A stretch of 64,000 nt of DNA. It comes from Mobula hypostoma. Lineage: Eukaryota. This document shows positions 24,549 through 38,662 of the stretch, piece by piece. The translations under genes were made by a program, and so were the position numbers. Under the pieces are notes generated by a model. That model did not search any database. It was not told the origin of the DNA and saw nothing but the letters and a program-made list of their open reading frames with translations. Positions within the stretch are counted from its first letter, which is position 1, and the number at the start of each line of letters is the position of its first letter. Location of the stretch: the NCBI RefSeq assembly GCF_963921235.1, contig NC_086107.1, forward strand, positions 92,878,001 through 92,942,000, written 5' to 3'.

Positions 24549-26095
24549 GTATGGAATTGGTAATGAACTCAACAGTTTAAGCGTAATATTCCCCATGATC
24601 TGCTCCTTTATAGTACACAAGGTGCAACAAACAAAATACCATCAATGTTTATCGCAAGGGGAGCATAAAATCACATTTATAGAAATGCGATTTTCATAGG
24701 ACTCATGGGTTACAGTTTCCATGCGTCTGATTCCAAAGATCCGTATGTGCATTTATACTTCCAATTAGATTAACTTTATTTGTCATATGTACATTGCAGC
24801 ATAAGGTGAAATGCATCATTTTTGCATCAGCAACCAACACAGTCCAAAGATGTGCTGTGCTTCTGGCACCAGTATAGCATGCCCACTATTCACTAATCCA
24901 AACCCATGTGGCTTTGGAATGTGGGAGGACACCTATGCGATCACGGGAAGAACATACAAATTTCTTACAAACTGCAACAGGAATTGAACCCTGATCACTG
25001 GCTGTTAAGCATTGTGTTAACCACTGTGCTGCTGTGCCACAGGTCTGCTCAACCTCTCGAAGGACATAACTCTGATAGGATTGCTACAGCGGAGGGTCAG
25101 CAGATTTAAAGCTAGCACTCATAGGTTTGTCACGGGAGTAAGAGATAAACTGACCTTCATGAGATAGTGAGAATGAATTTTTTTCTATTGCACTAGATAG
25201 ACATTAGAGTTGAGATTTGGAGTTAATGGTTGTTAGCAGCATTCTGCTTCGATTGTCTACCTCAAGGGTGACATCAAAACACTCCAGAGGTGTAAATAGG
25301 GAATAGAGGTCATGGGCATACATTTTCAATTGCATTTAAAATATAAAGGCAATTTAGATCAATAACACGTTGTTACAAATTATTTTTGTGAAGCTTGGCA
25401 AGCTCCCAAACTATTGTAAAACAACTAATACAGATTTAATGATAGGAAAATAATCAGGTATGTAACATTTTAAAATATCGAATTTTTTTTTTAAAGTCTA
25501 CCAAAATAATAGTAAATTTATTAAAGCAACTTTTTCATGCAGGAGATTGAGAGTATATGGGCAGAATGCAGGAAATTGAGACTAGTTGCTTGGACACCAT
25601 GGTTGGCGTGGACGGATAGTGTCATCGAACACTACAGCACAGAAACAGGCCCTTTGGCCATGTCAGTTGTAATTGTGCCTAGTCCTATTGACCTACATCT
25701 GGACCATAGCCCTCAATATCCCTCCCATCTATCCAAACTTCTCTGCATGCTCAGCCTAGTTGCAGGGTCTCGTCTGAAGTATTAACCGCCCTTTTGCATC
25801 CACAGATGCTGCCTAACCTGCTGAGTTCTTCAGCAGTTTATTCTTTTTCAGATTCCACCATCTGCAGTCTATTGCCTCCAGTGAACTTTTGGCTTGCTTG
25901 GCTAAGTGCTGTGCAGTAAGTGGTGATTCTGTCTATTGAGATGTCAGTGGTGAATTTTGGAAGCACTCTGACCTGATCATTCGGTGTACGCCATTGTCTT
26001 CTGTCATGCTGTGATTTGGTTCTTGAGAGACAAACATTTCAATGTTATTTTGTCTTCAGAGATGCCAACAGTTCATCTTTTATTGATTAATACAG

Positions 26096-26239
26096 AACCT
26101 TGTGTGGGGTTCGTGTCCGAGTGGAGTTGTCTTCTGGTGAAAGGAGGAAGCGTTATCGTGGTCCACCACCACCCTGGAACAGACGTCCCCGTTACGATGA
26201 TTATCGCTATCGCAGCCCACCACGGCGACGTTATTCTAG
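26096..26239 (+). CDS. SRSF3: SRSF3-like exon 3 (RRM end, Pro/Arg linker, start of RS domain)
   Basis: Acceptor TACAG|, donor AG|GTGAGA; 144 nt, phase 2-2; [48 protein letters not shown]. No zinc knuckle, so SRSF3 rather than SRSF7. Confidence 0.95.
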
Positions 26240-27309
26240 GTGAGAGTGGATCCATTCATGGTAACATCGATACTTTTTCGCTCCCAACCTTGTGTGTGAA
26301 GCTAAAACAGGTACAAAGATGTGTTGGACCCCTATGTCTGGGGTCCATTGTGTAGAAGGGCCTGTGGTCAGCATTGAAAAGGTTAAATATTTTCTGACTT
26401 CTAGTTCACTACCTTACTGTAATTCTGAAAACCAAGCCTTGGAAATAAATATTAAAATGTAAGTGTTTTGGTACGGCTGCCCTGAACTTCTACTGCCATG
26501 TCATTTTATTGGCGGGTGAGTGCAGTCTGTCAGATCTTAAATTTCTTTCCACGTAGCAAGAGTAATACAGACTTCAGTATAATCCTTGGAAATTTGAATA
26601 TCTGAAATTCACTTGACTCTTTAGAGATTTTATGTTTTATAAATATATTAATCCCTTTTTCTGTTACAACATTAAATCCCATAATCTTCAACATGGCTTT
26701 GATGTTAGCTGCTTCAGTCTATCTTTTGAACCTATTGAACAGCTAATTTAATTCAATGTACAAAGTCATAATCACATAGCATAAATTTACAAATTGCCTC
26801 CAATATATTGTGAAGAAATAGATCAAACCTTGGATTTTCCTGAATTAAATTTGGAAATCTAGATTAAATCCTAACTCTGAAACTCCTATTTTTTTCTGGC
26901 AGAGAGGGGATTTTTATTATATCAGGATCATTTACTGAACAAGCTCCCATAACTCTTTAAAACTTTAATTGGTCATCTCATCCGTTTGATATCTCATAGA
27001 AATAGATGCAGTTACATAGTAAGGAGTATTGACAAAGTGCTGTAAAGGACTTCACAATGAGAAAGTATCTAAGGACCACAGTAAATCATTTCTGCAGTCT
27101 TTTATAGCTTTGGGGAAGGGTTTCAGTACCACAGTATCACACCATAATGTTTTACTAAGCATTGCAACAACATATAATTACTTGGGTTCTGTTTTCATTT
27201 AGTATAAATAGTGCTTCTGTGGTGCAATTTCAAGGCAGCCAATGTTAGAATCAGAAGTCAGTTGGGTAGATGCTTAGTTATCAAGACCTTAAGGAAATTA
27301 ACGTAAGGC

Positions 27310-29700
27310 GTAGGGGAATTGGGCCATTTGTACCATCGAGTGTGCTCCACCATTTCATCATGTCAACCCCATTCTCCTGCCTTCTCCCTGTAACCTTTGA
27401 TGCCCTGCTTAATCAAGAAACTGTCAGCCACCACTTTAAATGTACCTAATGACTTGGCCTGCACAGATATCTGTATCAAAGAATTCAAAAGATTCGCCAC
27501 CCTCTGGCTAAATAAATTTTCCTCATCTCTGTTTTAAATGGGTGCCCCTCAATTCTAGGGCTGTGCCCTCTGGTTTTAGACTCCCTCGCAATAGGAAACT
27601 CATTGTCTGCATCCATCACACCAGACCTTTCAATATTCGATAGATTTCAATGTGATTTCCCCTTCCCCACTGCTCACGCCCCCCCCCCCCAATTCTTTTA
27701 AGCTGGAGCGAGAATCAAACTCTCCTCATCTTAACACTTTCATTCCTGGGATCACTCCTGTCAACTTCCTCTGCCAGAACATCCTTTCTAGCTTTGACTT
27801 CCCTTGTCAGCCGTGGTTGTCTCAACCTCACTTTAGAATACTTTGGGCTTTATCTTTCCTGTTCCTTCCGAATTTCCCCCAGAAGCACCAGCCAGTGCTG
27901 TTCTGCCATCTTCTCTGCTATTGTCTCCTTCCAATCAACTTTGGCCAGCAACTCTGCCATGCCTCTGTAATTCCCTTTACTCCACTGTAACGATACATCT
28001 GAATTTAGCTTCTCTTTATCAAACTGCATGGTGAATTGCATCAAAATATGATACTGTCTCCTCAGGATTCCTTTACCTTAAGCTCCCTAATCAAATCTAG
28101 GTCATTACATAACACCTGATCCAGAATTACTATTCCCTTAGTGAGCTCAACAACAAGCTACTCTTAAATATACAAATTCCCTCTCTTGGGGTACAACACC
28201 AACCGTATTTTCCCAATCTACCTGCATATTGAAATCCTTCATGACTATCATAACATTACCCTATTGTATGTATTTTCTATCTCCTGTTGTGATTTGTAGC
28301 CCACATTCTGGCTGCAGTTCACAGTCTTTTCACCCTTGCAGTTTCTTAACTCTACTCTCAAAGTTCTACACCTTCCGATCCCATGTCACCTCTTTCTAAG
28401 CGTTTGATTTCATTTTTTTTTAAACCCATATAGCCACCCCTCTCCCTCTACCTATCTGGCTGCCCTTTTGATCCAACGTGTATCCTTTGATGTTAAGCCC
28501 CCAACTATGATCTTTTTTCAGCCAAGATAGGGAGATGATGCCACAACGACATACATTCCAATCTCTAGCTGTGCTACAAGATCATCTTCCTTAATTTGTA
28601 TACTGCATGTATTCAAATATAACACCTTTAGTCCTGTATTCATTACCGTTATTGATTTTGGCCCCTGTTACACTCGAGCTCATCACAATGACTGCAGTTT
28701 TGCCCTATTATCTGCCTGTCTTTCTCAGCCTCACTACACACTGTGTATACTTGCATAGCAACTGTCCCATCCTCAGCCTTATTCTGATGCCCATCTCCCT
28801 GCCAATTTAGTTTAATCCCTCCCCAACAGCAATAGCAAACCTGCCTGCAAGTATATTGGTCCCCCTCAGGTTCAGGTGTAACCCATCCTTTTTGTATAGG
28901 TCATTGGGTTCCTGAAGAGATCCTAATGATGCAGAAATCCTGAAACCTTAAAACACACATTCATCTACCAAAACATCCTTTTACCCTCTACTGGCGCATG
29001 ACAGAGACATCAATCCAGAGATTACTACCTGCTTTTCAGCCTTCTACCTCTATATTCTTTCTTCAGGACTTCTTCCCATTTCCTACCTATGTCGTTGGTA
29101 TCAGTATGTACCATGACTTCTGGCTACTTACCCTCTTCCTTGACCCAATCAAAGACATCCCTGACCCTAACACCTGGGAGGCAGCATACCTTCCGGGTAT
29201 CTCGTTCACATCCACAGATCTGCTTTTGCTCCCCCAATTATAGAATCTCCTGTCACTACTGCTCCTCTCCTTCTCCTCTTCCCTTCTAAGCCACAGAGCC
29301 TGACTCAGTGCCAGAGACTTGGACACTGTGACTTCCCCGTGTGGGTCATTTACCTCTCCCCCCCCCCCCCAACAGTGTCCAAGGCGGTATACTTATTATT
29401 AAGGGAAATGGCCATGGTTGTGTTCTGCACTGGCTGCCTATTCCCTTTCTCTATCCTGGCAATCAGGGTCCTGCCTCCTGCAGCTTCAGGTCACTACCTC
29501 CCTATGCTCCCATCTTTTACCTCATGCTCCCATATGAGCCAAAGATCATCAAGCTGCCGCTCTGGTTCCTTAACACGGTCTCTAAGGAGCTGGAGGTCTC
29601 TGAAATTTCCGACGTCTCATACAAAAAACATACCACTACCTCCAGATTAATTCTCAGCGCACCAGTTCTGTATTAACAGGAAAAAGTACTCATGAGAAAT
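27310..29700 (-). mobile_element. Degenerate CR1 LINE fragments (3' tail, ORF2 endonuclease, ORF1)
   Basis: Minus-strand similarity to CR1 copies elsewhere in the window (e.g. EKLNSDVSLQWSKGNYRGM, compare 62436-62600). Confidence 0.7.
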
Positions 29701-32700
29701 TTTGTTGCTTGGAACCATGGCTATGCTTTCCCAAACCTGTTCTCGCCTAAGCTTGTTGAGCCAAAGCCAAGACCACTCTTAACAGTGCCCCACTCACACA
29801 ATGGCTGCTCTGCGTACATTTCTTTTCCTTTTATTGGCTCTGCACTGATTGCCGCCAGCTGAAAAAAAGCCGAAAATCACTTGAGCTCTATTTAAACCTT
29901 GTGCTGCATTACCAGTAAGTGACCTCTTGTGCAGATTGCTGCTTGCTGACAAAAATATTTTATCTAGAGGTTTTGTTTTATAACATTGTTTACCCACCAT
30001 TTACTCATGCCTCTGTTTCTGACACAATGATGCTATGCAAGAGGACCAATGAGTGCCTCCACTGCTAATCCAGAGCAAATGATTTAGTATACAGTGCACT
30101 GTAATTGCTGGCTGTTAAGCATTCTGTAGATTTCAACCTGGCTTGTTCTGAGGTCAGAATCAGGTTTATTATCACTAACTTGTGTCGTGAAACTGGCTGT
30201 TTTCTGGCAGCAGTATAGTGTTAAAATATAAAAATAACAATAAATTACAAACTAAATCGAGCCAAAAATAAGGAATAACAAAGTAGAGTTCATGGACTAT
30301 TCAGTAATCTGATGGCAGAGGGGAAGAAGGTGTTCCTAAATCATTGAGTGTGGGTCTTCAGATTCCTGTTCTGCCATTAAGATTAAAAATAAAAGATAGC
30401 TCTCTGTTCTTGAAAGCTATTTAGTGCACTTCATCTGGAGATGTGTGAATGATAAATAAGGGTAAGATCACAATGTCACCGACAAAACATTCAGTGATTT
30501 ACGCTGACACAGGAGAGCATATTGTGAAACTAGGAAAGAAAACAACACAAAGCTTTTATTGATATGAAGTTCTTTTTCTTGAACATCTATAAATAATGAA
30601 GCATAAGACAAGGTCGGAGTTTAAATTCTCAAAAGCAAAATACTGCAGGTGCTGGAAATCTGAGGGAGACAAAATGAAGCAAGTGTAGAGTAGCGTTTGT
30701 TGGGGGAGAGAAGGGGAGGGCATATTGGCATTTAATGTTGGTAGCTTTTCATGTAAACCTAGGTCTGTAATGATTTTAAAAGTTAATTCTGTTTCCCTTG
30801 TTTTCACCCAGGTGTTGCTTGCCTTGCTTAGTATCTCCAGCATTTTATTTTATACTAAGATCCAGTCTTGATACGAATGGCACTGGTAAAGTAGAGAATG
30901 ATGATTCCTACTTTCTGTGCTTGCACCTTCTGTTAAAGTGTGGCTTTCTATTCCTGCTTTTTATATATACTCTGGGAGGGATGTGCTCTGCCTCTAAAAG
31001 TAAGTCATTGATGTCCTCCAGGTTTCCCAAGGTGATGCTTTACACATCCTCTTGCCTCTCATGTTTCTTTTCTATTTGAGGAAGAGGACAATTACTAACA
31101 CCTCACCCCCATTCTCCCCTAAAAACCTTCCTCAACTACACCAAGGTCTTCCAGGACTTAACCCTTAATGCGAAGAATGTATTTCACATTCACTCTACTC
31201 TGCTTTCTGGTTCCATAGATGATCCTTTGATAAATGACTGTGGCAAAAATAAATGAGTAGCAGACATCAGATTATTAGTGGAGAGCCTTAATCTACTTTT
31301 TAACATTGTTTAAAAGAAAGATGTTGGAATCATTCACCTGGTTCATTCCCTCTCAACTAGGACATCAGTGAAGTAATGCTGTTCAGACATTGTTTACTAG
31401 TTTTAACTTGAGTTCACCACTTCCATCATATCGATGTTGAATGAAATTTATTGAAATCAAGCAGCTACATATTGCATTGTATTAGGCTAACCATTAAAAA
31501 TAATAGCTGGTGTTATATGTAATGACTGTTCTTGGAGTTCATAGAACACTTACAGCAAGGTACAGGCCCTTTGGCCCACAATGTTTTGCTGACTGTTTAA
31601 TCTTACTGGTAAGATTAATCACTCTCTAAGCGCAATCAAATATTTACAACTAAAACATAACAGGCTACAACATTGCACGGATGTAGAGTTTATTATATGT
31701 AAATCTAAGCTGAATTACTGTTTTTGTACGTGCTGACTAAAAGTTTCTAAATTTTATAACAGCGAAGTATGAATTTCTTTAATTGTGTACTCGTTAATGA
31801 ATGGTATTTAAAAAATAATCTACAATTTGGAACAAACAGTTGGAAGTTTCATTATCTTTGCAATGTTAGGTGTTCCTTTTAAAAGTCACAACCCTAATGA
31901 TTTTTCTTAGTTGTCACTCTTCAGGTTAATGCTGACTGTAGGGCCAACAAGCCAATTTGTCTGTCTTCAAAGCATTGCACAGTAAAAAGTACAACAGTTA
32001 CTTCTAGCGATCCTATCAGAAAATGTCACTAGCTAGTAATCAAGGGCATGAGCCCTGTCTTTAACTTATTCCATAAGATGTAGGAGCAGAATTAGGCCAA
32101 TTGACCCATTGAATCTGCTCTACAATTTCAACATGACTGATTCAATTCTCCTTTCATCCCCAATCTTCTGCGTTCTCGCTGTGTCCCTTCATGCCCTAAC
32201 CAATCAAGAACCTTATCAACCTCTGCCTTAAAATATACATAAAGACTTGGCTTCCATAGCTGCCTGTGGCATCAAATTCTACATATTCACCACTCTCTGG
32301 CTAAAGAAATTCCTCCTCATCTGTTCATTCTGAGGCGCTCTCTTCTGGTCTTAGACTCTCCCTCCATAGGAAACATCCTGTCCACATCTACTCTGTCAAG
32401 GCTTTTCACCATCCAATAGGTTTCAATAAGGTCACCTCTCATTCTTCTGAAATCTAGTGAATATAGGGCCAGCGCCATCAAACACTCTTAGTCCTTACTT
32501 TGAAGTTGTTGGGTCAGTTAGTGGATTTTCTTTTGCCTCAGCTAAGGCTAGTTAAGACATTTCAGAGATATTTTATTTCTGGATTAGTGCTGGGCCAAGG
32601 CCATTTTTGATTGACTTATTATAAAAGAATATTCAATATTTGCAGTCTGAGCTTATTTGCTTATCCCTGCTTGCCTTTTAAGGTGGCAGTAAGCTGCCTG

Positions 32701-33211
32701 TTTGAACCACAGCAGTCTTTAAGGTGTGGGTATACCCAAAATGCTGCTGGGCAGAGAGAGTTTGAGGATTTTGACCCAATAACTTGTAGCTATTGGAAAA
32801 TAGAGGTTGCGATAGTTCAACTTGTCACCATGCTTGGGTTTGTGTCTATACCCAAAATACACAGCAATATGGCAATATTATGATGTTAGCAATGTCATAA
32901 CATAAAAGTTTTACAGGGAAATGGGACAATAATTGGAGTTCAGAAAAGATTGAATGTTTCAGTTCAACACTGATAATATGACTGCTCAAACTTAAAAGTG
33001 ACAAAAGTTTTTTTTCTTTATGTTCTGTATATTCAGTGTTGGATGATTTTTTAAATCTCGTACTGGTGTGTATTTCTATGTATTGAAAAGTTAAGTTAAA
33101 TGAAAATGCATCATCATTGGTTAGATAGTAACTGGTGTTTCTGTGCATTTTTTTTTCTTTTGATGAAATGTGCAGTTGAAACCCACGCACTCACCCCCTG
33201 CCCCCTTTCAG

Positions 33212-33778
33212 AGACCGTCCACTTCTCCGAGTCTACATTAGCCAATCAACTGGTTGTGTCTACATCAGGGGATCAGCACGTCCCACTCTAAACGAACGCC
33301 TCACACTTCAAATGTCCAGCATTCACGTGTATCTGTGAGTGTGTGCAACCGAATGGCCAACCGCTGGACCGACAAGTTTGGGTCTTTTCCTGCGCACCCC
33401 AGCACGCTGTTTATAAACAACCATCCCTTCTCTACTGTTTCTGCCGGCAACCATAACGACCAAACAGCCAACGGGGGAAAAAAAATAACCATCTGAAATC
33501 CTCTCGATCCATCAGTGGGGTGTGGCTGTCCGCCAGCCTTTGCAAACCCAAGGCCTGCGTCGGCAGTAAACTGGTACCAACGCACTCTAAAAGTGGCTGC
33601 TCCGATTGGTCTCCGTGCCAATACACAGCAGATAAATTAATACCTATTTTTATTTAATTCTACACTTTACATCGTGCATGAATCCAGGTGCAGGCCCCTT
33701 TTTTTCCCTCCCCACCACCATCGTCACACGACACGCCCTGCAGATGGCTGTTGAGTTGCTATAATGTTGACTGTTCTA
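33212..33778 (+). other. SRSF3: Poison (PTC-containing) cassette exon homologous to mammalian SRSF3 exon 4
   Basis: Branch-like CTCAC and CCCCCTTTCAG| acceptor; donor CTA|GTAAGT; 567 nt; in-frame TGA at 33336-33338. CTCCGAGTCTACATTAGCCAATCAACT resembles my recollection of human exon 4 (CTCTGAATCTGCATTAGCCAGTCAACT). Repeat-free, C/A-rich. Confidence 0.8.
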
Positions 33779-36700
33779 GTAAGTTTTATCTGCCTTTTAC
33801 GTTTTAAATTGAGAATTCACTTTTGTGTTTCCCACTCTGCCTTCCCATCCCTTGTGGTTTTTCAGTCCCTTCCACTCCTGGCTGTTTGAAGTTTTCTATT
33901 GGACTGATAACCTGAAATTTCTGGAATGTGAAACAGTTGCTGCTATCCTGTTGAGTTAGTGTTAGACCTGTTGAATGATTTCTTAAGAAAAGCAAAACAT
34001 TAAAAATTTACACAGTTCTTAAGCAGGTTGTGTACTTAAATTAATCCTGAATGCAGGTGGACCTTTGTATTTCCAGTTTAGTTTTCAAATTTTAACTTTT
34101 TAAGTAATTCAGTTAGCTTAATTCCAGCATAATGTGCAAGTTCCAAATCTATCACAAAGGCATAACTAGAGATTCACACTATGGAGAAACTTAATCTGTC
34201 ACCAGGGGCCTGTATTGGACAAATTTGTAATAAATTATTACTGGATTATTTTGCTGGATCATGTGCATTGTTCCTTCTTCCACCCACAAAAAAAGGATAT
34301 GGTAATGAAGTATTTTCAAACGATTGAATTATTCCAATTTCCATAAAAAGGGAATGTGAACCATGTTAGTTTTCTTCCTGAAATTTTTGCTTTGCTCCCC
34401 TGTTTTGCTGAACTGGGGATCTTGTTGGTTAAAAGATGCCAGTGCCTTAAAAAGATAAGATTAGGGAAAAAAAACTGCTTTATTTGCCAACGTATACATT
34501 TTAAAAATCCATTGACATATGTTGTTGGTGTCAAATCAAGTCAGTGAGGGTTGTGCTGAGCAGCCTGCAGGTGTCGCTGTGTTTCCGCAGTCAACCTAGC
34601 ATGCCAACAACTTTCTGACCCTAACCCGTGTCTTTGGAATGTGGGAAGAAACCGAAACACCTAAAGGAAACCCACGCGATCACTGGGAGAATGTACACTC
34701 TGCACAGTGACGTAAATGGAACCCAGATCTTAGCTGGCGATGTAAAGCATTATGATACCGCTTTGCTACCATGCCACTCACTTGTGTAGTGTTATACTGT
34801 TGTGGGGAATATAGCTAAGCGAGGATTAATTTACACTCTCCTGGGAACCGCCCCTCTCCTCAACACCCCAGTAGTGGCAAGGGTTGATCAGAGTGGTATT
34901 TGAGCCTAAAGCTGATATCAAAGTTGATTAGTCTTGACTTTGGTACAATGTTGTTAGATCAGGCATATGGAGGCAATTAGTCCTTTATCTTAGGAAAGAT
35001 TTTACTAGCATTCAAAGTAGAACAAAAGATATTCACCAGCTTAATTTCTAGAATTATCACACATTTCTAAAAAGGAGTTGCATTTCATTCCCCATTTGAA
35101 CACTGATTGATGTTATTGAGATCATAAGAGAGCATGGCAGGGGTAGATTTTAGATATGGTAGTGTAGCAGTTAGTGGGATGCTATTACAGCTTGGTGTAT
35201 TGGAATTAAGTCCTGGCATCCTCTGTAAGGAGTTCATTTGCACTTGCTGTGGAATCTCTGGGTTTCCTTCCATAGTCCAAAGACCAGGTTAATTAGTCAT
35301 TGTAAATTATCCCATGATTAGACTAGGGTTAAATCAGTATGTTGCTGGTGGTGCTATTCTGTGCCATATCTCCGAATAAATAAATATTTCCACTGGTGGT
35401 GAGTGTCATGAATTCCAGAAGAGGGAACATGATCATGTGTAGTCTTAGTGAAAACTACCACCTTTAGATGTAGAATACTGATGTATTTGGAGGCTATTAT
35501 GCTTGGATGCAGGCCACCAAATATATCTGATCAGTACATAGTGGCTTCTTCTAAATGGATTTTTTTTACTAAAAGTGCATGTTGCTGCCTGATTGGTCAG
35601 CACATTGTTTCACAATCCAGACATTGGAGGTTGCTTAAGAATCAGTCCTTCAGCTGGGAAGACAATGTCACCAAAATCAAGAACTTATTGGGCTGCTTTC
35701 AGACCCACACAGTACGTTTTAATTCAGATGAGTGATTTTTCTCAGAAGTATCTTTATATTTTGCCATGGTGAAGATTTCCAGAAATTGCTTATATGTTTG
35801 GGTGTAATAGCGTGTCAAGAGTGACCCAACTGTCAGTAAAGGCCATTTGATATTGGTGTTGGAGGTTGTTGTTACTGGAAGGTGTCCTTGCTGCCATCCA
35901 GACAAGTTGAGCGTGCGTGTTACTTTCACTGCTCCCAGGTGCTTGTAGTCATGGTGAAAGCGACCTTGATTAGGGAATGGCCAGTTCACCATTGGATCTG
36001 CATACCTATTCGTACTGGGGAGCTGGGGAGGGGGCAATGGAAAGTTACACCTTTTTAACAGATCAGATTAATTACTTCACAAGCTAGATATGATTTCACA
36101 GGCTCATAATGGATTTCTCAAAATCAGGTTTATTATCACTGACAATGCGATAAATTAAAAAACTTGCAATGAGAAATATAACAGTGCAAAAAGAGAGCAA
36201 AATGGTGAGGTAGTATTCATGGGTTTAAGGACCGTTCAGAACTCTAGCAGAGGGGACGAAGTTGTTTCTGAAACATTGAGTCTGTGTCTTCAGGCTCCTG
36301 TACCACCTCTGGTAGTAATGAGAAGATGGCATGTCCTGGATGGTGAGGGTCCTTACTGATGCATGCTAGCTTGAGGCACTACCTTTGGAAAATGTCCTCA
36401 ATAGTTGATTTTTTTTTTAATGTAAATTCCAAGATGCATGATAAACTTATTTTAATTGTAGTTCTTCCTTTGAAGCCCTAGGGGTGAAAGAGTAGACGGT
36501 GATAATTTATAATGGTTTGAGGGTAGAGCGTGGAGAAAATACACATAGGAAATTTCATCTGCAGTTCATAAGATTTAATTCCTCGGGATTGTGATGTTTG
36601 CAACAGAGTAAGATAATGGGCCTCTCGAATCTGGTCTCTTGTCAGTATGGGAAGATTGATCTTCTGCTCAATATCACACAAGATAAAACTTTATTTTGTG

Positions 36701-37191
36701 CCCTTTAACTTTTACCTGTTCATTTTTCAGGATTTGATCATTGTCGGCAAGACAACATTTAGTTCCTAACTTTAGTTGTTCCTGAAAGTATTGGTGATCC
36801 ATCCTTTGACCTGCTGTTGCCCTTGAGATGAAGGTATTCTCACCTCTCTATTGGATAGGAGATGAGGATTTAGACCCAGTGAGGCCGAAGTTACACCCAT
36901 CCACTTCCACCTCTGGATGATGTCTGATTGGTAAAACTGCAGATGATGGTGGTATCTCTGTTGTCCCTTTTCTCCGTATTCCCCTTGGTGGTAGAGATTG
37001 ATCTGGTCATTTGCTGTTGGAATAAGTTTGGTGAATAAAATGGTTGGTGTACACTGCAGACGCTAGAGAGAATGGATGGGATGCTGGTCAAATAGTAGTT
37101 CTGAATGTTGTCAGGCTCCACTCATCTGAGCAAATTCCATTGATTTGTAATTTGTGTAACATGCAGTACTGTGCAAATGTTTTAACATATA

Positions 37192-38662
37192 TAGATTGCA
37201 AGAAAGTTTGTGAGCCCTTTGCAACTACCTGGTTTTCTGCATTAATTACTCATAAAATGTGGTCTGATCTTCATCTAAGTCACAATAATACAGAAACAAT
37301 TGTACTTTTCATGTCTTTATTGAGCACATCGTTTAATCATTCACAATCCAGACTGGAAAAGTATGTGAACCCTTCTATTTAATAACTGGTAGAACCTCCT
37401 TTAGCAGCAATAACCTCCCTCAGATATTTCCTGTAGCTGTTGATCAGACTTGCACAACAGCGAGGAGGAATTTTAGACCATTCCTCCATGCAAAACTTTC
37501 AGTTCATCAAGATTATTGGAATATCTTGTGTGAACAGCCCTCTTTAGGACATGCCACAGCATCTCAATTGGGTTAAAGTCTGGGCTCTGACTTGGCCATT
37601 CCAAAATGCAAATTTTCTTTTTTAACCATTCTGTTGTTGATTTACTCTTGTGTTTTGGATCATTGTCTTGTTGCATCATCCAACTTCTATTAAGATTCAG
37701 CTGTCGGACTGCTAACATTCTTCTGGGAAATGTCTTGATACAATTTTGAATTTATTGTTTCCTCAACAAATACAAGCTGCCCAGGCCCTGAGGCAGCAAA
37801 GCAGCCCCAAGCCATGGTGCTCCTACCATGCTTCACAGTTGGGATGAGGTTTTGGTGTTGGTGTACAGTGCTCTTTTTCCTCCAAACATAGCAGTGTGCA
37901 TATCTGCCAAAAAGTTTTTAACTTTTGTCTTATCTGTCCACAGAACATTCAGGTGTTCTTTTGCAAACTTGAGAAGTGCAGCAATTTTTTTTTCCTGTTT
38001 TGAAGAGCAGTCGTTTCCTTAGTGGTGTCCTTCCATGAACACCATTCCTGTTCAGTGTTTTCCTTATAGTGGACACATGAATAGACTTCAGTAAGTTAAG
38101 GAGATCTCTGCAGGTTTTTTGTTGTTACTGCTGTGTTCTTTTTCACCTCCTTCAGCATTACACGGATCTTTGCAGGATGCCCACTCCTAGGGAGAGTAGG
38201 AACAGTACTGAATTTCCTCCATTTGTGGACAATTTCTCTAACTCTGGAATGATGTACAGTCAGGTCTTTAGAAGTACTTTTGTAACCCTTTCCAGCTTGT
38301 ATCTCTACAATTCTTCTTCAAGGCATGGTGCACATAAATAGATTTTTCTTGAGAAGAGCAGGCTCAGTCAGCAACCTGACTGTGTGTCTTTTTTATAGGG
38401 CAGGGCATCTCTACAATCCACACTTCCAATCTCATCTCGTTATTTCCAAATAGCCATTGTAGAAGGCATTACCCTGGGATTGTGATTGTTTAAATGGTGT
38501 CCTCAGTATTGATGAGAAGTAGTACAATTGTTTGTATATTATTAGTTTGGGCAGATTGTGTTTGTCTATTATTGTGACTTAGATGAAGATCAGACCACAT
38601 TTTATGAGTAATGCAGAAAACCAGCTGATCGCAAAGGGTTCACAAACTTTTTCTTGCAACTG
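37192..38662 (-). mobile_element. Tc1-like DNA transposon, decayed, inserted in a small CAGTACTGTGCA-ended MITE
   Basis: About 110-bp inverted termini (TTGCAAGAAAGTTTGTGA...CATAAAATGTGGTCTGATCTTCATCTAAGTCACAATAATA) with TA flanks; transposase fragment QQDNDPKH...WPSQSPDFNPIEMLW (37473-37718). Confidence 0.9.

Noticed and set aside
24549..24699. ORF extension past the RRM exon ([10 protein letters not shown]...)
   Set aside because: Intron read-through; homology stops at the AG|GT donor and resumes at 26096.
33353..33496. 47-aa ORF starting just after the PTC (SRSF7-style split-ORF idea)
   Set aside because: It terminates within the exon, and the RS frame is blocked by TAG at the long-donor junction, so it cannot produce an RS-domain half.
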